Shown: positions 9,374 to 19,299 of the stretch, in pieces
How positions within the stretch are numbered: the first letter of the stretch is position 1
How the letters are laid out: each line of letters opens with the position of its first letter
From: Patescibacteria group bacterium
GTDB taxonomy: Bacteria > Patescibacteriota > Microgenomatia > UBA1406
NCBI GenBank assembly: GCA_041665145.1
Contig: JBAYJK010000001.1
Location: forward strand, 99,464 to 163,463
Length of the DNA: 64,000 bases
Direction of reading: 5' to 3'
Notes under the pieces: generated by a model
Databases searched by the model: none
Told to the model about the DNA's origin: nothing
What the model saw: only the letters and a program-made list of their open reading frames with translations
Position numbers and translations under genes: made by a program

Positions 9374-10339
9374 ATGAATTTAGAGGCGCCTGTCGTCGGG
9401 CTTTTGGTTGTGTTCATCGGGGGAATATTCGTCTTTTTGCTAGTTCAATATCTCAAACAGATCAGCAAGAATGTCGAAGAAGGAAATCGTCGTCAGGATG
9501 ACTTATACAAAACGTTCATCACAACACTTCAGAAAAACTCTTCAGATCTCAACGCCCGTCTTGATAATGCCGCTCATGTTATTCAAGGTGTTCAGAAAGA
9601 AATCGGTACGATGTCTGAAATAGGAAGGTCCATGAAGGATTTGCAAGAGTACCTGGCCAGTCCCAAACTGCGCGGCAATCTCGGTGAACAAGTACTCTCT
9701 CAAGCTTTGCAACAACTCTTGCCTCACGACTTGTACGAATTGCAATATGCGTTTAAGGGTGGCGAGAAGGTGGATGCAATTGTGCGTTTGAATGACTATA
9801 TCATTCCCATCGATTCCAAGTTTCCGGTAGAAAACTATCGTGCAATGAACAAAGCAGAGCGGGAAGCAGACAAAGAAGAGTATAAAAAACTTTTCACCAA
9901 AGACGTAAAAAAGCATATTGATGACATCGCCAGAAAGTATATTCTTACGGAAGAGAAAACCGTCGATTATGCAATTATGTATATTCCTTCAGAAGGAATA
10001 TATTACGAGATAATCACCAACCAAAAGCTTTTCGATTACAGTAACGCGCAACGGGTTCTTTTGGTTTCTCCGACAAGTTTTTATGCCTATCTGAAAGCGA
10101 TTCTTATGTCGTTTCAAGGGCAAACCATTCAACAAAAAGCCCGTGAAATACTCAATATTCTTACGGCAACGCGGAAAGACTATGAAAAGGTGGAAGAATC
10201 TTTATCTATTCTTGAAAAACACCTCACGAATGCCTATAACCAGATGCAAAATGTCGGAAAATTCTTTGTACGTCTAGGTCAAAAGCTTGAGGGTACAAAA
10301 TTGCTTGAATCTAAAAAAGAAGATACTCATGAAGGGTAA
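9374..10339 (+). CDS. rmuC: DNA recombination protein RmuC
   Basis: N-terminal TM helix, coiled coil, and the conserved RmuC core KLRGNLGEQVL...PIDSKFPVENY...YAIMYIPSEGIYYE. Confidence 0.7.
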   Translation: MNLEAPVVGLLVVFIGGIFVFLLVQYLKQISKNVEEGNRRQDDLYKTFITTLQKNSSDLNARLDNAAHVIQGVQKEIGTMSEIGRSMKDLQEYLASPKLRGNLGEQVLSQALQQLLPHDLYELQYAFKGGEKVDAIVRLNDYIIPIDSKFPVENYRAMNKAEREADKEEYKKLFTKDVKKHIDDIARKYILTEEKTVDYAIMYIPSEGIYYEIITNQKLFDYSNAQRVLLVSPTSFYAYLKAILMSFQGQTIQQKAREILNILTATRKDYEKVEESLSILEKHLTNAYNQMQNVGKFFVRLGQKLEGTKLLESKKEDTHEG

Positions 10340-13277
10340 TGAAGAACAACTCCAAGCAATCAATTATCTGAATGGGCCGGCAATTATTGTGGCCGGCGCA
10401 GGTACGGGGAAGACGTATGTTCTGACCGAAAAGATCAAAAAAATAATCCTTGAAAAGCGTGCAGAACCGCAAGAAGTTCTCGCACTCACATTTACCGAGA
10501 AGTCTGCGCGTGAGATGGAGGAGCGAGTGGATAAGGCGCTGCCGTATGGGTACTTTCAGACCTGGATTATGACGTTTCATTCTTTTGCCGACACGATTTT
10601 AAGGGAGCATGGTGTACATATCGGTATCAGCCCTACATTTAAAATACTTACCCAAGTTGATGCAACTATGTTTTTTCGGAACAATCTGCATTTTTTCAAA
10701 CTTAAGTATTTTTACTCTACCGGCAACCCGACAGGTTTTGTACAGTCTGCACTTACTCATTTTTCCCGATTGAGGGACGAAAATGTAACGTCGGAAATGT
10801 ATTTGAAACTGGCAACACGTAAGAAGGCACAAGCAGAAACGAATGAAGAGGTACAGGAGGCGGAGAAGACTTTGGAGTTAGCGGGTCTTTACCGGGACTA
10901 TGAGCTGCACAAACTGAAACACAATTATTTGGATTTTTCCGACCTTATTTTTTACCTCGTACAGCTTCTTACTAAAAGAAAGAATGTCCTGAAAGTGCTT
11001 CGAAAACAGTTTGCCTACTGTTTAGTTGATGAATTTCAAGATACCAATACTGTTCAATACGATTTGCTGAAATTACTGTTTCCTCCTTCAAAAAAAACTC
11101 ACTTATTTGTTATTGGCGACGATAATCAATCGATTTACAAGTTTCGTGGTGCTTCAGTCTCGAATATTTTGAATTTCAAAAAGGACTACAAAGACGCGAA
11201 AATGTTTGTATTGACCGAAAATTATCGTTCTTATCAAGAGATTCTTGATACTTCGTACCGGTTGATTACCAACAATAACCCTGACACTCTCGAATCTACA
11301 CTTGGAATAAATAAGAAATTGTCCGCGTCGAGAGGTTCGAGTACGATTCAACCCGAATTTATGGCTAGTATCGACGGTGATGAAGAAGGGGAAAAGACTG
11401 CGCTCGAAATACAGAAATTGTGCACGGAAGGAAAGTTTTCTTACAAAGATGTGGCAATTCTGGTGAGGGCAAATGATCATGCTAAGCCGTTTATTCAGGC
11501 ACTTGAACGGTATGAAATTCCTTTTCAATTTTTAGGTCCGGCATTGTTGTATTACAAGAATGAAGTGAGGGATTTGATAGCGTATCTTAAATTTCTGTTC
11601 AACCCGAGTGACTCAACAAGCTTGTATAGGGTTCTTGCAATGCCTATATTTTCACTGGACAGGAAAGACCTTGTATACCTCATAACTTTTGCAAAACGAA
11701 TCAGCAGATCTTTGTTTGAAAGTTTGGACGCACTTTCGCAGATAGCCGCCGGGAGTATTGAAGAAGAATTGAATGGAATGAAAGCCCATATGCCTTTTTT
11801 GAAAGAGGAATCAAAGTCAAAGATTCTTCAGGTATTTACACTACTCGAGTCGCTTCTTACGCGTTCGCAGACAGCAAACGCACTTCAGCTCGTGTATGAT
11901 TTTTTGGAGGGGAGCGGCTATCTTAAGGAATTGTCCCACATCAAAAACCAAAACGAAGAGGAAGGATTGGCGAATATCACCAAGTTTTTTAACCGTTTAA
12001 AAAAAATAGAAGGGGAATATGGAGAACCGACAGTTACAGAGGCAGTTACCGCGATTAATTTGTCCCTTGAACTAGGCGATTCCCCAATGGCTGAAGAGAT
12101 AGATGGTTCAGGCGAAAATGCGGTGAACATACTTACTGTTCACGGTGCAAAAGGCTTAGAATTTCCCGTTGTGTTTTTGGTGAGTCTTTCGGCAGACAGG
12201 TTTCCAACACGAAACAGACAAGATCAACTTTCCATTCCAGATGAGTTGATTAAAGAGATACTTCCTTCCGGCGATGCGCATGTTCAGGAAGAGCGCCGAT
12301 TGTTTTATGTCGGGATGACGCGTGCACGAGACCGCTTGTTTTTAACTTTTGCAAATTATTACGGTAACGCAAAAAGAAAAAAGAAGGTATCTCCGTTTAT
12401 TGTAGAATCTTTGGGCGATAAAGTTATTGCTGTTGCTGTTCAGAAAGAAGATTCCCGCTCTCGACAACTCTCAATTTTTGAATTTGGAAACAGAAGGAAA
12501 CAAAAAAAGCTTCCCGAGAAAAATCAAGAAGCTGTGCCGGGAAAATTTTCCTATTCACAGCTTGAAACGTATGAAACCTGTTCGCTCCAATATAAGTATC
12601 GTTATATGTTAAAGATTCCCGAGCCGGATTCCCCTGCTTTATCCTTCGGATCCAGCATTCATAAGGCTCTCGAATTGTTTTATAAAGACATAAAAGAAGG
12701 GATAGATCAGAACGAAACAGATCTTCTGCAGAAGTTCAGAAGGCACTTTATTCCTCTCGGCTACATGGGAAAGGAACAACGTGAAAATGCGATTTCACAC
12801 GGAAACGAGATTTTGACTAATTTCTTTGAAAAATTCCATAAGGAACATGGGGAGGTGGTTGCTGTGGAACAATTTTTTACCTTGAAACTTCCTCATAATG
12901 ATCAGAATCTTATAATCAGCGGAAAAATAGACAGAATTGACAAAAAGGGATCACTATATGAAATAATCGACTACAAGACGGGAAAAATGCCCAAAGAGTC
13001 GGAACTTAAGAAGTCGTTACAGCTTGGTATATATTCTTTGGCGGCAATGAGTAAGGAGTTGTTGGGAATTTCCCAGGACAAAATACGACTCACTTATTAT
13101 TACCTTGATAAACAGGAAAAATTCAGCGTCTTGGCTGCTGAAAGGAATCTGAACGAAACTAAAGAGCATATAGCTGAAACGATAGGAAATCTGGAAAATG
13201 GTACATTTGAACCAACGGTTGGTAGACACTGTGACTGGTGCCCGTTTAAAATAATCTGCCCCGCGTGGGAAACGTGA
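10329..13277 (+). CDS. UvrD/PcrA-like SF1 helicase fused to C-terminal Fe-S PD-(D/E)XK nuclease (AddB/Cas4-like)
   Basis: Walker A GAGTGKT, UvrD motifs (VDEFQDTN, TVHGAKGLEF, GMTRARD), the C-terminal nuclease motif GKIDRIDK...IIDYKTGK, and Cys cluster C..CDWCPFKIIC. The ATG at 10329 overlaps the rmuC stop (ATGA-type overlap), so 10329 is used instead of the ORF-track start 10287. Confidence 0.8.
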   Translation: MKGNEEQLQAINYLNGPAIIVAGAGTGKTYVLTEKIKKIILEKRAEPQEVLALTFTEKSAREMEERVDKALPYGYFQTWIMTFHSFADTILREHGVHIGISPTFKILTQVDATMFFRNNLHFFKLKYFYSTGNPTGFVQSALTHFSRLRDENVTSEMYLKLATRKKAQAETNEEVQEAEKTLELAGLYRDYELHKLKHNYLDFSDLIFYLVQLLTKRKNVLKVLRKQFAYCLVDEFQDTNTVQYDLLKLLFPPSKKTHLFVIGDDNQSIYKFRGASVSNILNFKKDYKDAKMFVLTENYRSYQEILDTSYRLITNNNPDTLESTLGINKKLSASRGSSTIQPEFMASIDGDEEGEKTALEIQKLCTEGKFSYKDVAILVRANDHAKPFIQALERYEIPFQFLGPALLYYKNEVRDLIAYLKFLFNPSDSTSLYRVLAMPIFSLDRKDLVYLITFAKRISRSLFESLDALSQIAAGSIEEELNGMKAHMPFLKEESKSKILQVFTLLESLLTRSQTANALQLVYDFLEGSGYLKELSHIKNQNEEEGLANITKFFNRLKKIEGEYGEPTVTEAVTAINLSLELGDSPMAEEIDGSGENAVNILTVHGAKGLEFPVVFLVSLSADRFPTRNRQDQLSIPDELIKEILPSGDAHVQEERRLFYVGMTRARDRLFLTFANYYGNAKRKKKVSPFIVESLGDKVIAVAVQKEDSRSRQLSIFEFGNRRKQKKLPEKNQEAVPGKFSYSQLETYETCSLQYKYRYMLKIPEPDSPALSFGSSIHKALELFYKDIKEGIDQNETDLLQKFRRHFIPLGYMGKEQRENAISHGNEILTNFFEKFHKEHGEVVAVEQFFTLKLPHNDQNLIISGKIDRIDKKGSLYEIIDYKTGKMPKESELKKSLQLGIYSLAAMSKELLGISQDKIRLTYYYLDKQEKFSVLAAERNLNETKEHIAETIGNLENGTFEPTVGRHCDWCPFKIICPAWET

Positions 13278-13328
13278 AATAAGTTGTAAGCTGAAAGTTG
13301 TAACTCTAAATAAAGTTTAAAGCAAAAA

Positions 13329-14270
13329 ATGGACATAAAGAAGAAGCTATTAGTCATCGATGGGAGTGCGGTTTTGCACAGGGCGTATCATGCGTTGCCG
13401 CCGTTTACTTCACCCGACGGAACTCCGACAAATGCCTTATACGGGTTTATTAAAATGTTGCTTTCCCTGATTGACCAAGTACAGCCTATGTATTTAGTTG
13501 TGTGTTTCGACAGTCCTATTCCGACGTTCAGAAAAAAGCTTCTTCCGTCCTACCAAGCACAAAGACCAAAAACTCCTGACGAATACAAAGTACAGATACC
13601 TTTAACCCAAAAATATTTGGAAAAGGCTGGTATCGCACAGTATTTTTTACCCGGTTTTGAGGCAGACGATGTTATAGGTACGATTACTGCACTTTCGAAA
13701 CGCGAAGATCCGGATTTGCACGTGTACATAGTGACCGGGGATAAAGACATACTCCAATTGGTAGATGAAAGAACTACTGTGCTTATGCCAAAATCCGGTG
13801 TGGGAAACATTAACTACATGAGGGAGCAACAGGTGAAAGAGCGGTTGGGAGTGATGCCAAAACAGATTATTGATTATAAAGCACTTGTCGGAGACCCATC
13901 TGACAACTATGGTGGAATTCGCGGAATCGGCCCGAAAAAAGCCACCGATTTACTTATGAAGTACGGCAACCTGAAGAATATTTACGAGCATATAGAGGAA
14001 TTGGATCACAAGGTAAAATCCCTACTTGTAGAATGCAAAAAAGATGCAGAGCTATCTCAAACACTGGCAACCATTAAGACAGATTTAGACTTACCGATAC
14101 ATAATAGTGACCTTGATTTCAAAACCCGGACACCATCTCCCGAACTTATCGAGTACCTCGACAGCCTTTCGCTCCAAAGCATCAAACGTCAGTTGCAACA
14201 GATTAAAGCGCGTGAGGAAAAGATGCCGGTGAGTGTCAAAAAAAAAGATAACCAGCTCACTTTTTTTTGA
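13329..14270 (+). CDS. Standalone 5'-3' exonuclease / flap endonuclease (Pol I N-terminal nuclease homolog)
   Basis: LLVIDGSAVLHRAYHALPP, an acidic metal-binding cluster, and the H3TH motif GDPSDNYGGIRGIGPKKA. There is no polymerase domain. Confidence 0.85.
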   Translation: MDIKKKLLVIDGSAVLHRAYHALPPFTSPDGTPTNALYGFIKMLLSLIDQVQPMYLVVCFDSPIPTFRKKLLPSYQAQRPKTPDEYKVQIPLTQKYLEKAGIAQYFLPGFEADDVIGTITALSKREDPDLHVYIVTGDKDILQLVDERTTVLMPKSGVGNINYMREQQVKERLGVMPKQIIDYKALVGDPSDNYGGIRGIGPKKATDLLMKYGNLKNIYEHIEELDHKVKSLLVECKKDAELSQTLATIKTDLDLPIHNSDLDFKTRTPSPELIEYLDSLSLQSIKRQLQQIKAREEKMPVSVKKKDNQLTFF

Positions 14271-14320
14271 TACGAATCCACTATTTGACAAGCAGCGAAA
14301 AACTCCGTATTATAAGTCTA

Positions 14321-15001
14321 ATGTCAGTAAAAGAGAAAGAAGTCCAGAAAGGGAGTCAGATAGAGAGGGTTTTAACTGTTTGGGGTCTAATAGTTGTATT
14401 GTGGAGCATATTCCGTGCTAATTTCGGCGCCCCCTTATGGCTCAGTGAGTTTCTCATAAAACCACTAATTTTTCTCGTTCCGGTTATATTCTTCGTACAG
14501 AAATATATACAGGGAGGGTCGTTACTCAAGAAACTTGGGTTTCCTGAAAAGCGGATAGCAGAAGAACTTTTTCTGTCAGTCAGCTTGTTGTTTGTGGTTT
14601 TTGGAGCAGGAATGGTAATGTTGCTTATGAATAAACAGCCGTTTCTGTTGTTTCTCAACTCAATAAGTTTCGCAAAGGCATCGTATGTCTTCGGATTATC
14701 CATTGCCACCGCTACTGTCGAAGAGGTTGTCGGCCGGGGATTTATGTTCAATTATCTCAATAAATTCTCAAAGAATTTTGTAATGTCCATGTTTGTTTCG
14801 TCAACGCTGTTTTTTGTGTTGTATCTTCCGGGGGCGCTCACGATGCATGTCAGCGGACCGGCGTTATTCGTCAACCTTTTGATGAATTTTCTGCTCAGTT
14901 TTATGGCAGCAACCCTGTTTTACGTGAGACGAAACGTACTCGTTGCCATCGGATTTCATGCGGGTGTTCTCTTATGGTTTGATTTGTTACTCGGAGTATA
15001 A
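14321..15001 (+). CDS. CPBP (CAAX protease/Abi) family intramembrane metalloprotease
   Basis: EEVVGRGF (EExxxR) and FHAGV (FxxxH) motifs in a multi-TM protein. The start is ambiguous: the ORF-track start 14267 overlaps the preceding gene, and M at 14321 is used here. Confidence 0.6.
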   Translation: MSVKEKEVQKGSQIERVLTVWGLIVVLWSIFRANFGAPLWLSEFLIKPLIFLVPVIFFVQKYIQGGSLLKKLGFPEKRIAEELFLSVSLLFVVFGAGMVMLLMNKQPFLLFLNSISFAKASYVFGLSIATATVEEVVGRGFMFNYLNKFSKNFVMSMFVSSTLFFVLYLPGALTMHVSGPALFVNLLMNFLLSFMAATLFYVRRNVLVAIGFHAGVLLWFDLLLGV

Positions 15002-15003
15002 TA

Positions 15004-16617
15004 CTACGGGTTTTCGAATATCCAGAACATTTCCTCGGTCTCGATCTTGATTTTCTTCACGCGATCTTCTGGAACTTTCAGTATTTTACCTCCCTCACCA
15101 GAGAAAACATACACACTTTTTTTAGGGCGCATCTCGCTGTTGTAGGGATCGGTGCTGAAAGTGAACTTGTCAAACCCCGTAACTTGGCCGAACCCAAATT
15201 CATCAGGGAGTGTTAATTGTGCTGTCTTCTGATAGTTTTTGGGTGAATAACGGAGGTAAAAGAGTAGATAAATATAGGGTTGTCCGTTGTCTTTGGTAAT
15301 GTAAAAGTGATCAAACTTTGAGTAATTTTCCTTAATATAATCGGCAAGTTCGCGATAGCCCGCTTGAAGCGAACGTACTGCCACGGCTTTTTTAGGATAA
15401 TGTACGAAGAAATAAAAAGACGAAAGCATGGAACCAAGTATAACGAGCACAACAAGAACGTGTGTCATGTAGTGCAACCGCCGCGATTGTAAGAAACTGG
15501 TAATTCCGTAAGCGGAAAGCGGGATCAGGAGAGCAATAAGCGGATAGACTCTGGTGAGCGCATATTCCTGCCATGTAAGAGCCCCATTAAGTGGGGCAAC
15601 GAGAAGCACCACCCCCAGAACGAGAAACTCTTTTTTCCACTTAAAAACCACAAGAGCAATTCCGATGAGAAAACCCACGTACTCCATCAACGGAACGGGG
15701 GAAATATTTGGGTAACCAAACCTGTTATTTACGTCGCCGTGTTGGGTGAGAAACTCCGGGGAAAAGTAGGAGACATAGCGGCGCGAAATCTCCTGAATAC
15801 CAACGAGCAGTTTACTGCTAAATGGGGAAAATCGTTCTTCAATTTTGGCGCTTTCGGTCTTTATGGAAATGTCGGGGTTATTCAGGATAAAAAGGTTTTT
15901 AACCCGTTCAGCTGGCGTCAGTTTCTCTCCGACCACAAATAATCCAATTCCAGCAACAAATACTACCGCACAGATTATCGCCACTGTTTTTGTTTGAAAG
16001 AGTTTGGTTAGAACCTTCTTTTGCCAGGCGAAATAGAGTGCAATCATAAATACAGTGGGAGCGATGATTTTCCCGGTATGATAGGAAAATAAAATAAACG
16101 GAAGAAGACATATCGTTAGCCAGAAGAATTTTAATTTTGCTGTTTTAGCAAAAAGTGTCAGTGTATAGAGCGAAATTACCATAAATGCTGACGCAAGAAC
16201 TGTTTCATGAGCCTGTCGCGCTATTGTGTGTATCCATGGCGAAAATGCAGCGAAGAGTAGCGCAACCGTGGCTGTATATTCACTCTCAAATAATGCTTTC
16301 GTGAACAAATATATTCCCAACACCAAAACCAGCGCCGCTATACCGGCGACAAGGCGGGTGGAGAACTCGTTCAGACCGAAAACTCCCACCGCAGGTACCG
16401 TGAGATATGAATAAAGAGGAAGCTTGTAATCACCAAAGGATTTGAGGCGAAGAGGGAAAATTGAACCGTATTCATCCCGACCGGTTTTCAGAATGGAATA
16501 TGCGTTGTATCCGAAGGCGGCCTCATCCGCTGTAAAACCCGGCGGCGACTTAACTGGTAAGAAATGCCAGATCAGCGTAATGCTAATTGCAAGAGCGATC
16601 AGCAGTTTTTTTATCAT
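15004..16617 (-). CDS. ArnT/PMT-like GT-C glycosyltransferase (GT39/GT83-like)
   Basis: First-loop motif FTADEAAFGYNAYSIL...DYKLPLYSYL (DE catalytic pair, KPPL-like) and a multi-TM topology. Confidence 0.65.
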   Translation of the reverse strand: MIKKLLIALAISITLIWHFLPVKSPPGFTADEAAFGYNAYSILKTGRDEYGSIFPLRLKSFGDYKLPLYSYLTVPAVGVFGLNEFSTRLVAGIAALVLVLGIYLFTKALFESEYTATVALLFAAFSPWIHTIARQAHETVLASAFMVISLYTLTLFAKTAKLKFFWLTICLLPFILFSYHTGKIIAPTVFMIALYFAWQKKVLTKLFQTKTVAIICAVVFVAGIGLFVVGEKLTPAERVKNLFILNNPDISIKTESAKIEERFSPFSSKLLVGIQEISRRYVSYFSPEFLTQHGDVNNRFGYPNISPVPLMEYVGFLIGIALVVFKWKKEFLVLGVVLLVAPLNGALTWQEYALTRVYPLIALLIPLSAYGITSFLQSRRLHYMTHVLVVLVILGSMLSSFYFFVHYPKKAVAVRSLQAGYRELADYIKENYSKFDHFYITKDNGQPYIYLLFYLRYSPKNYQKTAQLTLPDEFGFGQVTGFDKFTFSTDPYNSEMRPKKSVYVFSGEGGKILKVPEDRVKKIKIETEEMFWIFENP

Positions 16618-17441
16618 AAGTTAGTCAAATACCTTGATAATGCCTGCTTAAATCCGACAATAAATTGCCGGTTTTTCCTCTGCGACCATAACAAAACGGG
16701 TAGTTTGACGATGTGTTCAATCAGATTCTTCCCCCTGATATTTTTCCAGATAAAAATAAACTGATTGCGGTTGGCTATGATACCAATCTCTTGCCTTGAG
16801 AAATAAGAAGATATTGTTGTCTCGTGGTGGTGTTCGACGAGAATCGCGGGATAATAGATGTTGTGGAACCCGGCTTTGCGGGCACGAAAGCCCAAATCCA
16901 CATCTTCCCAGTAAAATGGAGAATAGATTTTATCAAAGCCGTCTAGCCTGTTGAACATCTCCCTGCGGACAATACATGAACCACCCTCCGGCCACAAAAC
17001 TTCACAGGTGACTTCGGATTGTATACCCCGGTGGTGAAACAAACCGTTTTCGAAATAACCTTCATTGGCTCCGACAATTTTTCCGTCCCGTTCCTTCTGA
17101 GCGAAGGAAACAGCAAAGAGCAACGTATCATTATCAAATAATGTGAAAGCCTTCTCAAAAGACGAGTCATTAAGCAGGACATCGCTGTTCAGGAGCATTA
17201 CAAACTCTGTTTTACTTTCAGAAACCCCGCGATTGACTGATTGACCAAACCCGCAATTCTTTTTATTAACAATTACCGTTATATTTCGTGACACCTTTTC
17301 AGCCTCGTCAAGTGATACTTCTGGCGAGTCGTTTACTATAATAATTTTGAAATCCGAAAGAAATTTCTTGTTGTGTTTCAGGGTATTCAAGAGTCCGGAA
17401 AGGTCTTTGTAAAAGGGAATAATTACAGTAAGTCGACGCAT
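16614..17441 (-). CDS. GT2-family glycosyltransferase (GT-A fold)
   Basis: IIPFYKD...VNDS...NSDVLL DxD-like motifs and GT2 layout. Confidence 0.7.
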   Translation of the reverse strand: MRRLTVIIPFYKDLSGLLNTLKHNKKFLSDFKIIIVNDSPEVSLDEAEKVSRNITVIVNKKNCGFGQSVNRGVSESKTEFVMLLNSDVLLNDSSFEKAFTLFDNDTLLFAVSFAQKERDGKIVGANEGYFENGLFHHRGIQSEVTCEVLWPEGGSCIVRREMFNRLDGFDKIYSPFYWEDVDLGFRARKAGFHNIYYPAILVEHHHETTISSYFSRQEIGIIANRNQFIFIWKNIRGKNLIEHIVKLPVLLWSQRKNRQFIVGFKQALSRYLTNL

Positions 17442-17446
17442 ATACT

Positions 17447-18520
17447 CTATTTTACCATTCGCATTACATTCTGCGAAAAAACCTTAAAACTGTATTTCTC
17501 ACGTGCTCGAAGTACGGATTTTTCAGCAAACATTGTACGGAGCTTTGGGTCAGATATAAGTTTCTTTGTGTATGTTACTAATTCTGTTTTTTTGTCATAC
17601 AAATAACCACTATTTCCATGAAGAATTATTTCTTTCGGCCCGCCGCCATTGTAGGCAAGTGGTACACAGCCCGCCGCCATGGATTCGATAATCGAAATGC
17701 CGAAATGTTCCATTTTCTCCGGCTCTAGTAGTTCATTTTCTCCGTATCCGGCAGCATGCCAATAAAACGTGGATTTTGCGTAAAGTTCTTTCAATTCAGC
17801 AAATGATATGTTTTCGAATATCTGAATTTTTGAATTGTCCTGACTTAACTTTTTCAAGCTTTCCAAATATTTGTGGTCCTCCGGCCTGCAGCTTCCGGCA
17901 AGAATCAGTGAGTATTCGCGAAATTCTTTGTGATTCCTCTGAGCTTGACTGAACGCCTTTATGAGAATCTCCTGTTTTTTTGAGTGCAGATGTCCGAAGA
18001 ATCGCCCCACGGAAAGAATCATTTTTTCTTTGTTGTTTTTCGGTAGTGAAAAATATTCATCGCTTACGGCCGGGTTCAGAATATATTGTTTATCAGTCAA
18101 TTTTTTCTTTTCAAAGAAATGTTTGACGAAATTGTCATAGTATACCGGTTTGAATTTTTGTGACTTAAGTTTATTAAACAGTGAGACAGGTAATAAACGG
18201 GCGGTTGGTGCTTGCAGTATCACAAAATTCTTTTTAGCCAAACTGAAAAAGTAACTTCCGTCAGAGTGAAAAAATACTACATCGTACTTTCTGGTTCTTG
18301 CAATTTTTGACAGTAAACTACTCGACTGCCATTCTGTATCGATTCCAATAAAGTCGTATTCTTGACCGAATCGGTCAAGCACGTGTTTTTTTATTTCCAC
18401 ATCATGCCATAGAAATACACAATCGTATTTATTTTCATGAAGCACCCGAGCTATGTCAAAAAGGTATTTTTCACCTCCTCCCAGCGTTTCCAAATAGGGA
18501 GTGTAAAACGCTGCTTTCAT
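17447..18520 (-). CDS. GT4-family glycosyltransferase (GT-B fold)
   Basis: C-terminal EX7E-type motif GISIIESMAAGCVPLAYNGGGPKEII. Confidence 0.75.
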   Translation of the reverse strand: MKAAFYTPYLETLGGGEKYLFDIARVLHENKYDCVFLWHDVEIKKHVLDRFGQEYDFIGIDTEWQSSSLLSKIARTRKYDVVFFHSDGSYFFSLAKKNFVILQAPTARLLPVSLFNKLKSQKFKPVYYDNFVKHFFEKKKLTDKQYILNPAVSDEYFSLPKNNKEKMILSVGRFFGHLHSKKQEILIKAFSQAQRNHKEFREYSLILAGSCRPEDHKYLESLKKLSQDNSKIQIFENISFAELKELYAKSTFYWHAAGYGENELLEPEKMEHFGISIIESMAAGCVPLAYNGGGPKEIILHGNSGYLYDKKTELVTYTKKLISDPKLRTMFAEKSVLRAREKYSFKVFSQNVMRMVK

Positions 18521-19290
18521 GATTGTTTTGTATACTTTTTCTCGAATAGAAGCATCCAGGTAATAGTCTTGCTGTACGCCTGGTACATCGACTCGATAAC
18601 TCCGTATGTTCCGTCGAGGTGTCCCGATTTTTTTATGAGCCTTCGGAACAATTCCCCTAAGAATTTTCTGAAAAACGTGAACGTTCTAACATTTCTTCCT
18701 GCTTCCAGAAGTTGTTGAGCCTCAATTGTTTCGTAAACTATTGTCGACGCAACCATGTTTTCGAGACTGGAGTGAAAGTAATGTAAGAATGGCTCATTAA
18801 GCGTTCCTTCTTTCCCTGAAACGACAGGTTGGGAATGAATATGTTTCGGCCACGATATAAAAGACGGTTTGAACAGCAGCCTGCCGCCCACATAGTCGGG
18901 CCACCAGCCACCATGTTTGAGCCACTGTGTGTTGGCAAAAATATTTTTGCGTGGAATCCGGTAATGAGTGAAGGGGGGATTTTCCTCAGCCGCTATACTC
19001 TTAACCGTTCGGGCAAGTTCTCCGGTCAATTCTTCATCGGCATCAAGAATGAAAACCCATGGACCGGGGGACTTCTGCACATCAAATTCCCGCCCTGGTT
19101 CAACATAGGTTGTTATAGGGTGGGTTAGTACCGTTGCGCCTAATTTGTGAGAGAGAGATGCTGTTTTGTCCGTGCTTCCGGCATCCACAACCACAACATC
19201 GTCAGTAACCAAAAAAGCAGATGTAATACACCGGGAAATAATTTTTTCCGCGTTTCTGGTGTGAATAACTACGGTAATGTGTTTTGACAT
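18517..19290 (-). CDS. GT2-family glycosyltransferase
   Basis: VVIHTRNAEK...VVDAGSTDKT...ILDADEEL, a GT-A DXD-containing fold. Confidence 0.7.
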   Translation of the reverse strand: MSKHITVVIHTRNAEKIISRCITSAFLVTDDVVVVDAGSTDKTASLSHKLGATVLTHPITTYVEPGREFDVQKSPGPWVFILDADEELTGELARTVKSIAAEENPPFTHYRIPRKNIFANTQWLKHGGWWPDYVGGRLLFKPSFISWPKHIHSQPVVSGKEGTLNEPFLHYFHSSLENMVASTIVYETIEAQQLLEAGRNVRTFTFFRKFLGELFRRLIKKSGHLDGTYGVIESMYQAYSKTITWMLLFEKKYTKQS

Positions 19291-19299
19291 TTTTGCTGA

